Below are positions 54,291-64,000 of a DNA stretch of 64,000 nucleotides, piece after piece. Both the position numbers and the translations under genes were made by a program. The notes under the pieces are model-generated. The model was not told where the DNA came from and searched no databases. It saw nothing but the letters and a program-made list of their open reading frames with translations. Positions within the stretch are counted from its first letter, which is position 1; the number at the start of each line of letters is the position of its first letter. This stretch comes from Chiloscyllium plagiosum (taxonomy: Eukaryota): the NCBI RefSeq assembly GCF_004010195.1, contig NC_057720.1:11906543-11970542 (forward strand), read 5' to 3'.

Positions 54291-54589
54291 CTATTCTAGT
54301 AAAGACGGATGAGTTTTTTTTGTGCAATAAAACCTTCATTGTGTCATGAACTATTTTGGGAAAGTACAAGATGGGTGGGGAAAAGCTAATACTGAGTTGT
54401 AGAAAAGCATACAGCAGGACAATTATACATTTGCTCTTCCAAGACTGGGCTGAAAAGAGAACATTGACCTTTTTTTCATTCTTCTGTGGGGTATGGCTGT
54501 CACTGGCTAGATCTGCATCGATCCCAAATCAACCTCAAGGGCTTCTGAACCACTCTTTTTGAACTGTCACAAACTATCTATTGTTATCT

Positions 54590-54823
54590 TGATTTGGAGA
54601 TGCCAGTGTTGGACTGGGGTGCACAAGGTTAAAAATTACACAACACCAGGTTATAGTCCAACAGGTTTTAGTCCAACAGGTTTATTTGGAAGCACTAGCT
54701 TTTGGAGCTCTGCTCCTTGATCAGGTCCTTCATCAACCACCTATGAAGGAGCAGTGCTCCGAAAGCTAGTGCTTCCAAATACACCTGTTGGACTATAACC
54801 TGGTGTTGTGAGATTTTTAACTT
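54590..54823. mobile_element. Palindromic family B element
   Basis: Inverted arms; cac-ctatga-aggagcagtgctcc-gaaagcta-gtg. Confidence 0.85.
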
Positions 54824-57282
54824 TATCTGTTGTAGGTACAGCTACAGAGCTGTTTGGAAGGCAGCTCCAGTATTTTGACTCAATGATTGTGAATGAACAG
54901 CAATATGATTCCAAGTGAGGACTGAATGACTTGGTTCCGAGCCTAGGTCAATGCCGGGTAGTCTCGTGAGGTTTAATTCCTTTTTGACTTTTATATAGTG
55001 GCTTGGTACAATTGAGAAGCTTGCTCAGCCATTTCAGGGGGCAGTTCAAGATGCGATCACATTGCTGAAAGTCTAGACTTACATGTCAGCTAAACCTGTA
55101 AAGGATGGAAGATTCCCTTTCCCAAAGGACATTCACACACCAGATTGGTTTTGATGACAATCAACGTTAGTTTCATGGTCACAACTACAGTGGCAGCTTT
55201 TAATTCCCAATGTATTCACTGAAGTTAATTGCACCAGCTACGAATTCCACAGTATGTCCCCACAGGGTTAGGCTAGGTCTCTGGAATTACTGATCCAATG
55301 ACATTACTACCTCGTCACTGCTATCCCCCTCCTTATGCAAAATAAAGCTCTGGTGGTTTGCAGCTCTGTCAGTGGCACTGGGGATCAACTTGAGATCAGC
55401 AACAATGAGTGCTACATTTCAATAAAAGAAGGGTCACTGGACTTAAAATGTCAACTCTGTTTTCTCTCCACTGATGCTGCCGGAGCTGCTGAAATTCTCC
55501 AACAATTTCTGTTTCTATATCAAATAGCCTGGTTTAGTCTCACGTTCTCTCCCCATCCTCCTCTCCACAATTCAAGAAAGGCATCATCTTCTTACTGCTC
55601 GTGTCACCTTCTCCAATTCCATAATGAGATCTGTGCACTCCTCCAATGCTGGATTTTATTTCACTCCACCATTAGAATTCATGTCATCCGCCGCCTAGAT
55701 GCAAAGCTGTGGACTTTCCTCTTTAAACCAGTCTAACTCTCACCTTCTTTAAGAAGCTGTTTAAAAACCATCCTTTCAACCAAACGTTTGGTCGTCTGTC
55801 TGAAGTTGGATTGGTGTTAAATTTGGTTCAAGAACTGCACAAGATTACAAATTGTTGCTAATTACAGAACTAATAGTTTCAAAGTGCACTGTAAATATGT
55901 TAAGGTTTAAATACCGCCAACATAAATAAAAGCACACTGCTCTCGAAGTTCACAGCATTGGAAATGAGAAGGTGAAAACTGAAAAGGAATTCATGTGTGA
56001 AATATGAATTTGCCTTTTTCAATTTTAGAAAATTACAAAGCAGCCTTTTTTTTTGCTTTTGCTATATGTTCCTCTTATAAGTTTAACTACGTTTGAACTT
56101 TAAAATAAAAGACATTCAAATTTAGTTACCACAACAACGACTTCACCACAAAGTTCTTTATGAGTTTTCTTGAAAATAAGAACAAACCCCAAAATCCTTG
56201 GTTGGAAATACACAATTAATACCTAGCCCAAAGATGTGCCTCTTAGACTGCACAGAAAAAAGTACTGAGAAACCCAGGAGTCATGTACACACCTTGAATC
56301 CACAATCCTATAAATTACTGTCTATGGATTACAAGATCATGCTTCTAACAGATCCAGAACTTCTCGTTTAAAAAAATATTGGCTGACAAGGAAATAGTGT
56401 TAATAGTACTTTGCTCAAACTTCCAGTCACACAGAACGCCAAAACAACAGCCTTAATCAACTGACTGAGAGTTAGGCCAAGGCTTTAGTTTGGATACTGA
56501 GACATTTATAATAGGAACAGAAGAACATTAAGCGAAGCAGCGGGAACAAAAAAAAAGATCAGTTACTCAGCTGGTTATCTGCGGCATTAATGTGGATACA
56601 TAGTGTATCAGCACAAAAAAGATAAGTGAACAAGAGACAGTGTAGCTGAAGTACTGAAGGTGAAATTACAGTCAGAATTAAATCTATCCCAACCTTCACT
56701 CTCATAATACAAACAACAATAAAAAAATCGTGATTTAATTGTCCTACTCGGCATTTTTTAAGACGTTAGTGAACACATGGCCCAGCCGAATGCCTCGTCC
56801 ACACACGTGGAAACTTCCACCTGCCGCAGGAGACAAAAAAACGACTGTTTCAGAGACGTTTCCGATTCCAAACTGACCTCAAAATGACCAACCTCCCAAA
56901 CATGTGCGAAAGAGGAGTGAGCCGAAGCCGTGTTCAGGGACAATCCAACCCCGCTCCACACACAGAAAGAGAAACAACAACAACAACAACAAAAAACCAT
57001 ACAAAGTGACAGAGTTTTCTTTTTGAAAAAAAATAAATTCAAACACAGACGTAACCTTCGAGGGGAGTAGGAGCTGTATCTGCTGAACCTGCACTAAAGC
57101 ACGCGTGTTCCGCATATTTATGACCAAATAAAAAACGGGTTACTTCACCATAAAGTGCACACAAAGCAGAGCAGCGAGACACACTGGTCACTCCATCTAC
57201 TGCAAGGAAAATTAATGCAGCAGCTGGGTACTCCGAGTAAAAGGGAAGTTCCACACACATTTTACACACACTTCATTTACGC

Positions 57283-58180
57283 ACACAGATCAGACACGAA
57301 TGCAAGTGTATTTATCTATAATCTGACAGTATATCGTGTTATAATATACATCTCACAGATTACAGTATGAATACATTTGTATTTATAATCTGTCAGTATA
57401 CTGTCTCGTGTCTCATTACAACATGAATGCATATATTTATAATCTAACTGCATCATGTTATCATATAGACATCACAGATTACAGCATAAGTGTATTAATT
57501 ATCTGTCAGTATACTGTCTTATGTCTCATTACAGCATGAATGCATATATTTATAATCTAATTGCATTGTGTTATCGTATACGCATCACAGATTGCAGCAT
57601 GAATAAGTGTATTTATAATCTGTCAGTATGCTGTCTCATTATAACATGTATGCGTATATATTTATAATCAAAGTATGGGTTGGGACATCTGGTCGGTATG
57701 GATGAGTTGGACAGAAGGGTCTGTTTCCGTGCTGTACATCTCTATGACTCTATTGTATAATACATATCGCAGATTACAGCATGACTATGTGTGTTTATAA
57801 TCTCAGTACACTGTCTGGTTTAAGCCCGAAACGTCGATTCTCCTGCTCCTCGGATGCTGCCTGGCCTGCTGTGTTTTTCCAGCACCACACTTTTCAACCC
57901 ACAGTACACTGTCTGTGTCTCATAACATGAATGCATGCATACATTTATAATTTAAGTATATTATGTTATAATACACATCACATTACAGCATGAGTACGTG
58001 TATTTATAATGTCAGTATACTGTCTTGTATATCTCATTACAATGAGTGCATGCATATTTACCTATAAATTGTCAGTATATTGTGTTATAATATGCACAGA
58101 TTCAACATGAATGCCACCATATTCATCTGACAATCAGTATATTGTCAGTTGTAATATAAATCATACACAGATTATAAACA
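57283..58180. repeat. Degenerate AT-rich tandem array, about 55-60 bp monomers in about 115-120 bp dimers
   Basis: Recurring cacagattacagcatgaat..gtatttataatctgtcagtatactgtct / tctcattacaacatgaatgcatatatttataatct; interrupted at about 57675-57752 and 57818-57901. Confidence 0.85.
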
Positions 58181-59241
58181 CATCAATTCAGACACATGCA
58201 CATCTGTGCATGGAAACACATACATGTGAAATCAGTTGAAAGAGGGCTGGTACCTGAGACAAATGAGAACTGACATGCCACTGAGAGGGGAGATTTTAAA
58301 TGTGCAAAAGCAAGTCTCAGCAAATAACAAAGGAACACGTTTCAGTATCTGGGGAACCTTTGTTTTAAACCCTAAAGGATGGGGGGGTGGGGAGAGAGAG
58401 AGAGAGAGAGAAAAGGGAAACCTGTTGGGGAAATGATGTTAAAAATGATCCCAGGACAAAGAAACTAAAAAGCCCACTTGGTCAGGGAGGAGAAAAAAAA
58501 GTTTAGTGAAAGGATTCAGTCTTGAGGAGGGGGAGATGGGAAATTGAAGATTGTTGGTCCCTTGTTCCAGTCAACACCATCTACACCTTGGAAAAAAAGG
58601 GAGGCGGGGTAGGCCTCACGGAGCCTTGAGGTGATCCCCGAGCTCGCCTAAGAACAATGGCCGACCTCAGGCTTCACTCAGCCGGCCTCAGGAGGGGGTT
58701 TGGTGGGGGTGGGCAGGAATGAAAATCGCACACAACTGAGGGGAAAAACAGTCGATATCAGAAAAAAATATTAAAAAAAACGAAGGGCGGGGGGGATTGT
58801 AGATTAAATAGCAACAATTCCAATTAATAACCATAAACATCAATCACTTTCGGCTCAGCTCGGAGCCAGCACCATGTTTCGACAGGGATGGGAGAGACAA
58901 ACGCGAATATAAATTACTGTTTTGAAACGGGTGATCGAGTATTTATAATTTGTTTCATATTTCCATCCCCGTCCCAAAGCGGGCGGCGGCGGTTAAACAG
59001 ATTTGACGGGGCTGTTTGTTTTTCGTTTCTTGACCGACCGTGCGGCTTTCCCACGCGGGCGGCGGCGAAACAAAATTCACGTGTTTTTTTTTCATCCCTG
59101 CTTTGTTATGTTTCCTGACCGATCGAGCGGCTTTTCCCGGCGCAGGCGGGCGGAGAATTAAAATAAAGGAGGAGGGGCCCTCCCGCGCACAACGCGGGCC
59201 GCTCTTGCTTCTCCCCCCCCTCCCCGAAAAGTGAGACTCAC

Positions 59242-59424
59242 TCTCTTCCCCGCTACCGCCGCCTCGGGCTCTGTGGTTGCCGCCGCGGATTCCGCCACCA
59301 TTTCCTCGGCTGGTTCGTCCACTCTCTCCTGCTTTGGATCCCATTTTTCGGTCTCACATGATCCCGCAGCCACTTCTTCGTCCCTTTCTCTCGGCTCTCT
59401 GCTGGTGGTGGTGGCGGCGGCCAT
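59242..59424 (-). CDS. Putative upstream-ORF exon 1b (61 codons, MAAATTTSREPRERDEE...AAVAGKR)
   Basis: tccATGG start inside the CpG island, open acidic frame, ends on a codon boundary at donor AGA|GTGAGT (59242/59241). Confidence 0.65.
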
Positions 59425-59513
59425 GGAACGGGGGGGGAGGGTGAGGGGGAGGCCTTCCCAACCCCCATCTTCCACCCCCCTCCCCGATGTCCCTCCCCCA
59501 CACTCTCACTTAC

Positions 59514-59552
59514 CTCACTTCCGCAAGGACGCGCAGCGCCCTCGGACGCCAT
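59514..59552 (-). CDS. Putative alternative first exon 1a, coding part (13 codons, MASEGAARPCGSE)
   Basis: Strong-context start aagATGG and consensus donor GAG|GTAAGT at 59514/59513, phase 0. The ATG lies within a YY1 motif, so its coding use is less certain than the exon itself. Confidence 0.5.
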
Positions 59553-60096
59553 CTTTGTCCTGGCCACCGCCGGCCCTCCCAGAATCCACTGGGAGAACGT
59601 GGATGATGCGGCCAAGGGCCCAGCCCAAACAACACCCCACCCCCCCTGCGTTATAATACACGCACTTGACACTTGTGGCGCTTTGACAGCGTCCCTGCTT
59701 CTGATCTAAAAGATCTTAGGTTCGAATCTAGTCTAAGCGGAATGATTAAAGTTAAAAACCACACTACACCAGGTTATAGCGCAGGGTGAAAACAATGACT
59801 GCAGATGCTGGGAGCCAGGTTCTGGATTAGTTCAGGCAGCATCTCCAACAGGTTTATTTGGAAGTACAAATTTTTGGAGCGTTGCTCCTTCCAGGTAGCT
59901 AGTGGGGCAGCATCATAGGACATATAATTGATAGTACAACTGCTATGATGTATTGAACATACCTAGATTGCTGTTGTCTTTAATCATTTAGAATGTGTTG
60001 CAGGTAACATCTCCATTGGGACAACGCATTAAAGGTGTGAGGTTACAGACCACCTGTTCTATTCCAGATGAAGGGCTCATGCCCAAAACGTCGATT

Positions 60097-60419
60097 ATGG
60101 GCGGCACGGTGGCACAGTGGTTAGCACTGTTGCCTCACAGCGCCAGAGACCCGGGTTCAATTCCCGCCTCAGGCGACTGACTGTGTGGAGTTTGCACGTT
60201 CTCCCCGTGTCTGCGTGGGTTTCCTCTGGGTGCTCTGGTTTCCTCCCACAGTCCAAAGATGTGCAGGGTCAGGTGAATTGGCCATACTAAATTGCCCGTA
60301 GTGTTAGGTAAGGGGTAAATGTAGGGGTATGGGTGGGTTTCGCTTCGGCGGGTCGGTGTGGACTTGTTGGGCCGAAGGGCCTGTTTCCACACTGTAATCT
60401 AATGTAATCTAATCTAATC
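60097..60419 (+). mobile_element. Young full-length HE1 SINE
   Basis: Intact A/B-box-like head, CpGs retained, (taatc)n tail. Confidence 0.92.
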
Positions 60420-60699
60420 CTGCTCCTTGGATGCTGCCTGACCTGCTGCGCTTTTCCAGCAACACATTTTCAGCTCTGATCTCCAGCGTCTGCAGTCCTC
60501 AGTTTCTCCTTGAGTCAGACAGGTTCCAAAGTAGGGATTTATAAAATGTTACATGGATTGACTAGTGGTTTGCCACAAGAACATAGAGCAAAGATGTGGA
60601 GTTGCTGGTGTTGGACTGGGGTGGTCAAAGTTAAAAATCAAGATTAGAGTGGTGCTGGAGAAGCACAGCAGGTCAGGCAGCATCCGAAGAGCAGGAAAA

Positions 60700-60731
60700 T
60701 CGATGTTTCGGGCAAAAGCCCTTCATCAGGA
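60700..60731 (-). ncRNA. Hammerhead motif, family A
   Basis: UC-CUGAUGA-A-GGGC(UUUU)GCCC-GAAAC-AUC-GA on the minus strand. Confidence 0.55.
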
Positions 60732-60869
60732 AGTTTAAAAATCACACAATACCAGGTTACACTCCAGCTGAGCTTTTGGAGCTGCAAGCTCTGATTCTGA
60801 TTTTATCGCTGACAGAGGAATAAAAAACCCTCAGAACTCTAGATGCATGAAATCAGACTTTCAAAAATT

Positions 60870-61168
60870 GAAATTGCTGGAAAAAGCCAATTCTGATGAA
60901 AGGTTGCTAGACTCAAATGATTAACTCTGCTTTCTCGCCATAGATGCTGTGAGACCTGCTGAGTTTTTTCCAGAAATCTCTTTTTTCTGGTAAACTTTAA
61001 AGTTTAGGTTTCACAGTATCAATGGAGAGAAAGCAGAATTAATAATTTGAGTCTAGCAACCTTTCATCAGAATTGGCTTTTTCCAGCAATCTCCTTTGTT
61101 CCTAGTAAACTTCAAATTGAGAAATTGCTGGAAAAACTCAGCAGGTCTGGCAGCATTTGTGGAGACAA
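60870..61168. mobile_element. Family C fragments forming an inverted repeat
   Basis: attgctggaaaaagccaattctgatgaaaggttgctagactcaaat (about 60873-60918) recurs inverted at about 61045-61090. Other C fragments at about 8580-8865, 9400-9500, 10890-11017, 47085-47195 and 55425-55515. Confidence 0.7.
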
Positions 61169-61339
61169 GGCGAATCACCTCACACTTAGCTACATTGAAT
61201 TCCATTTGCCACCTTTCTGCCCAGCTCTGCAGCTTCTCTATTAACATTTCAGGTCCAGACATGGGAGAAGGGTCCTTACCCCAAGCCCCTCACCCTAGGT
61301 CTTATCACTATATGGGCTGTTACCACAAACAACTCATTG

Positions 61340-62690
61340 ATTTAATTTGATTTATTGTTATCACATGTACAATGGAAAGTTTTGTTTAGTGAGCAGTATA
61401 GGCAGATCATAGCATACAAGCACTGCTGCCTCACAGTACCAGGGACCCAGGTTTAATTCCATCCTTGGGTGACTGTATTCTTCCTGTGTCTGCATGGTTT
61501 CCTCCGGGTGCTCTGGTTTCCTCCCACAGATGTACAGATTAGGTAGATTGGCCATTCTAAATTGCTCATAGTATTCAGGGATAAGTAGTTAGGTGCATTA
61601 ATCAGGGGAAATGTAAAGTCATAGGGTAGGGGGATGGATCTGGTGGGATACTGTTTGGAGGATTGGTGCAGACTTGGGCCAAATGGCCTGTTTCCACATT
61701 GTAGGGATTCTATGATTCTTGACAAAGTGAGGCATACAAGTTTATGGCTGCACAGGAGGTGCACAAAGCAAGATCAACATTAGTTTTGAAATTACAGATG
61801 TCCATTCAGCAGTCTAATAACCGCAGAGAAGAAGCTGTTGCTGCACCTGTTGGTACATGTGTTTAAGCGTCTGCATCTTGTGCCTGATGGAAGAGGCTGG
61901 AAGAGATTAAAACCAGGGTGGGAGAGGTCTTTGATGATGTTGGCTGCCTTTCCACAGCAACAAGAAGTATAGATGGAGTCAATGGATGGAAGCTTGGCTT
62001 TCATAACGGTCTGGGCTGTGGATACAACTTTCTATGGTTTCTTACGGTCCTGGGCAGAGCAGTGGCCATACCAGATCATTATGCACCCAGATAGAATGCT
62101 TTCTATGGTGCATCTGTAAAAGTTGGTGAAGGTCCTTGTGAACATGTCAAATTTCCTGAGCCACCTCAGGAAGGAGAGGTGTTGTTGTGCCTTCTTGACT
62201 GTCACATTTACATGGGAAGCCCAAGGCAGATTGTTGGTGATTGTCACACCCAGCAACTTGATGCTCTCGACCCTCTACGTCAGCTCTGTTGATGTAGATG
62301 GAGGCGTGTCCTCCTCCTTCCTGAAAGTATCAGGGTTTTTTTTGTTTCGCTGACATTGACAGAGAGATTGTTATCATTGCACCATCCCTACCGTATTTTG
62401 ACTCATCATTGTTTGATATCCGGCCTAACACGGCGGTGCCATCAGCAAATGTGTAGATGGTGATGGTATGAAATTTGGCCACACTGTCGTGAGTGTACAG
62501 GGAATACAGTAGGGGACAGAGTACACATCCTTCCAGCACACCGGTGCTGAGGATTTTTGTGGTGGAGGTTTGTTGCCTATCTTCACTGTGTGTCAGGAAG
62601 CTAAGGATCCAGGTGCAGAGGGCGGAGCCCAGGCTGAGATTAGTTTGGTTGGGATTAGAATGTTGAAGGGGGAGTTGTAATCCCAATTGA
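61340..62690 (-). mobile_element. Rex1/Babar-type LINE RT fragment, interrupted by HE1 at 61419-61716
   Basis: LSTGV..GCVLCPLLYSLYTHD, FADGTAVLG, VKKAQQHLSFLRWLRK, FYRCTIESILSGCI.IWYG. Confidence 0.88.
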
Positions 62691-63281
62691 TCACTATTGA
62701 TTCTCTCAGGCTGACCTTTGTCTATTCCTTTGTCTCTCTATCCGGGCTCCATAACCACCTGTCATTTACCTTTTCTCCCCTCACCCAATCTTCCGCATGT
62801 ACAAAACCTTCTTCCTAGCTCCTATCAGGGCCACTGGACTTGAAACATCCCTCAGGTAAGGGAACCAAAATTGTATGCAGTAGTGTCGGTGTGGTTTCAA
62901 TAATGCCTTGTTCAGTTGCAGCATTATTTCCCTCCTTTTATCCTCTATACCTTGAGCAAAAATGCCAAAATTCCATTCACTTCCTTATTATCTGCTGTAT
63001 CCACATACTAGTTTTCTGCAATTCATGTAGGATGATACCCAGATTTCTTACATCCAAGTCATTAATGTAGTTGTAAATAGTCGTGGCCCAAGGACTGAAC
63101 CCCCTGTGACCACCCCATCAGTGACATCTTTTGTATGTTTCAATGGGGCTGTACTCACTGGGGTTTACATTGAAAATTGGAGCACGAATAGGCCATTTGG
63201 TGCTTTGAGACTGCTGTGCCATTCAACATGATCATAGCTGATCCTCTATCACAATGCCATTTTCCCCTTTTTATCCCAAAA

Positions 63282-64000
63282 CTTAGATTACTTACAGTGT
63301 GGAAACAGGCCCTTCAGCCCAACAAGTCCACACTGACCCACCAAAGCATAGCCCACCCAGACCCATTCCCCTAACTCTACAGGCAACTTAGCATGGCCAA
63401 TTCACCTAACCTTCTTACAAGCCTGCACATCTTTGGACTGTGGGAGGAAGCCAGAGCACCCGGAAGAAACCCAAGCAGACACAGGGAGAATGTACAAACT
63501 CCACACAGACAGTTTCCTGAGGTGGGAATTGAACCCAGGTCTCTGGTGCTGTGAGCCAATAGTGCTGACCACTGTGCTACCCCTCCAGATGCTTTTAAAA
63601 TCTCAAAAATCTATCTATCTTGAATATGTTCAGTGACTTGACCTCCAGGACATTCTGTCATACAGAATTTCACTGTTTCCCCAGTCTTTGAAAGAAGAAA
63701 TCTTTATGTCCATCAGTAGGTCAGTGATTAGCACTGCTGCCTCACAGTGCCAGGGACCCAGGTTCGATTCCAGCCTTGATGACTGTCTGTGTGGAGTCTG
63801 CACATTCTCCTCATGTCTGCATGGGTTTCCTCCACATGCTCTGGTTTCCTCCCACACTCCAAAGATGTGCAGGTTAGGTGAATTGGCCATGCTAAATTAC
63901 CCATAGTGTTAGGTGTATTAGTCAGAGGGAAAGGGGTCTGGGTGGTTTACACTTCGGGGGGTCGGTGTGGACTTGTTGGGCTGAGTAGCTGTTTCCACAC
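63282..64000. mobile_element. Two HE1 SINEs (63282-63582 minus; 63718-64000 plus)
   Basis: Consensus matches. Confidence 0.88.

Larger units (their letters stand above)
58600..59700 (-). promoter_or_regulatory. CpG-island promoter / first exons of zzz3
   Basis: The strongly GC- and CpG-rich segment of a CpG-depleted window. YY1 motif AAGATGGCG (59555-59547), ETS/GABP motif CGGAAGTG (59523-59516), GC-box-like tracts, two minus-strand donors. Confidence 0.88.
59748..60760. mobile_element. Nested cluster of family B and A Penelope-type fragments plus an HE1 SINE, upstream of the promoter
   Basis: B arm interrupted at 59780-59843 by A; A element 60060-60510 interrupted by HE1; B at 60593-60757 interrupted by A at 60641-60732. 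Confidence 0.8.

Noticed and set aside
57056..57088. 33-nt phase-0 exon candidate VQQIQLLLPSK
   Set aside because: Weak pyrimidine tract and weak donor (GTTACG). It would keep the uORF frame but has no other support.
57283..58180. CRISPR-like array
   Set aside because: Eukaryotic context, contiguous degenerate units, no unique spacers, no cas genes.
59231..59656. Plus-strand 141-aa ORF in the CpG island, or a divergent gene
   Set aside because: Long ORFs are expected in GC-rich DNA. The splice and Kozak signals point to the minus strand, and 59750-64000 is almost all repeats.
60097..60170. tRNA gene
   Set aside because: tRNA-derived SINE head that continues into the HE1 core; not a stand-alone tRNA.
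4098..63906. Recurrent ORFs such as VAQWLALLPH / CGVCTFSPCLRGFPP
   Set aside because: These are translations of HE1 SINE copies, not genes.

Overview
Vertebrate nuclear DNA, almost certainly a shark/cartilaginous fish (dense HE1-type V-SINEs, HER/CR1 LINE fragments, Penelope-like elements). The window holds the 5' part of zzz3 (ATAC complex subunit) on the minus strand: a CpG-island promoter at about 58.6-59.7 kb, about 33 kb of leader introns, the large first coding exon (26268-24720, ATG at 26206), and more than 24 kb of the next intron. I could not find the next coding exon in the window. Main observation: the supposed 5' UTR exons splice in phase 0 into one separate ORF of about 113 aa (or about 65 aa from an alternative first exon) that stops 14 nt before the ZZZ3 ATG. 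This suggests a bicistronic mRNA with an unannotated microprotein, which a six-frame ORF scan cannot show. Second theme: three families of Penelope-type, often palindromic elements carry minimal hammerhead-ribozyme cores with covarying stems, and one has captured local intron sequence. Also present are a candidate 25-nt poison microexon, two related solo-LTR-like inserts, templated local duplications and a higher-order tandem repeat. All calls were made by eye, with no database searches. Repeat boundaries are approximate.
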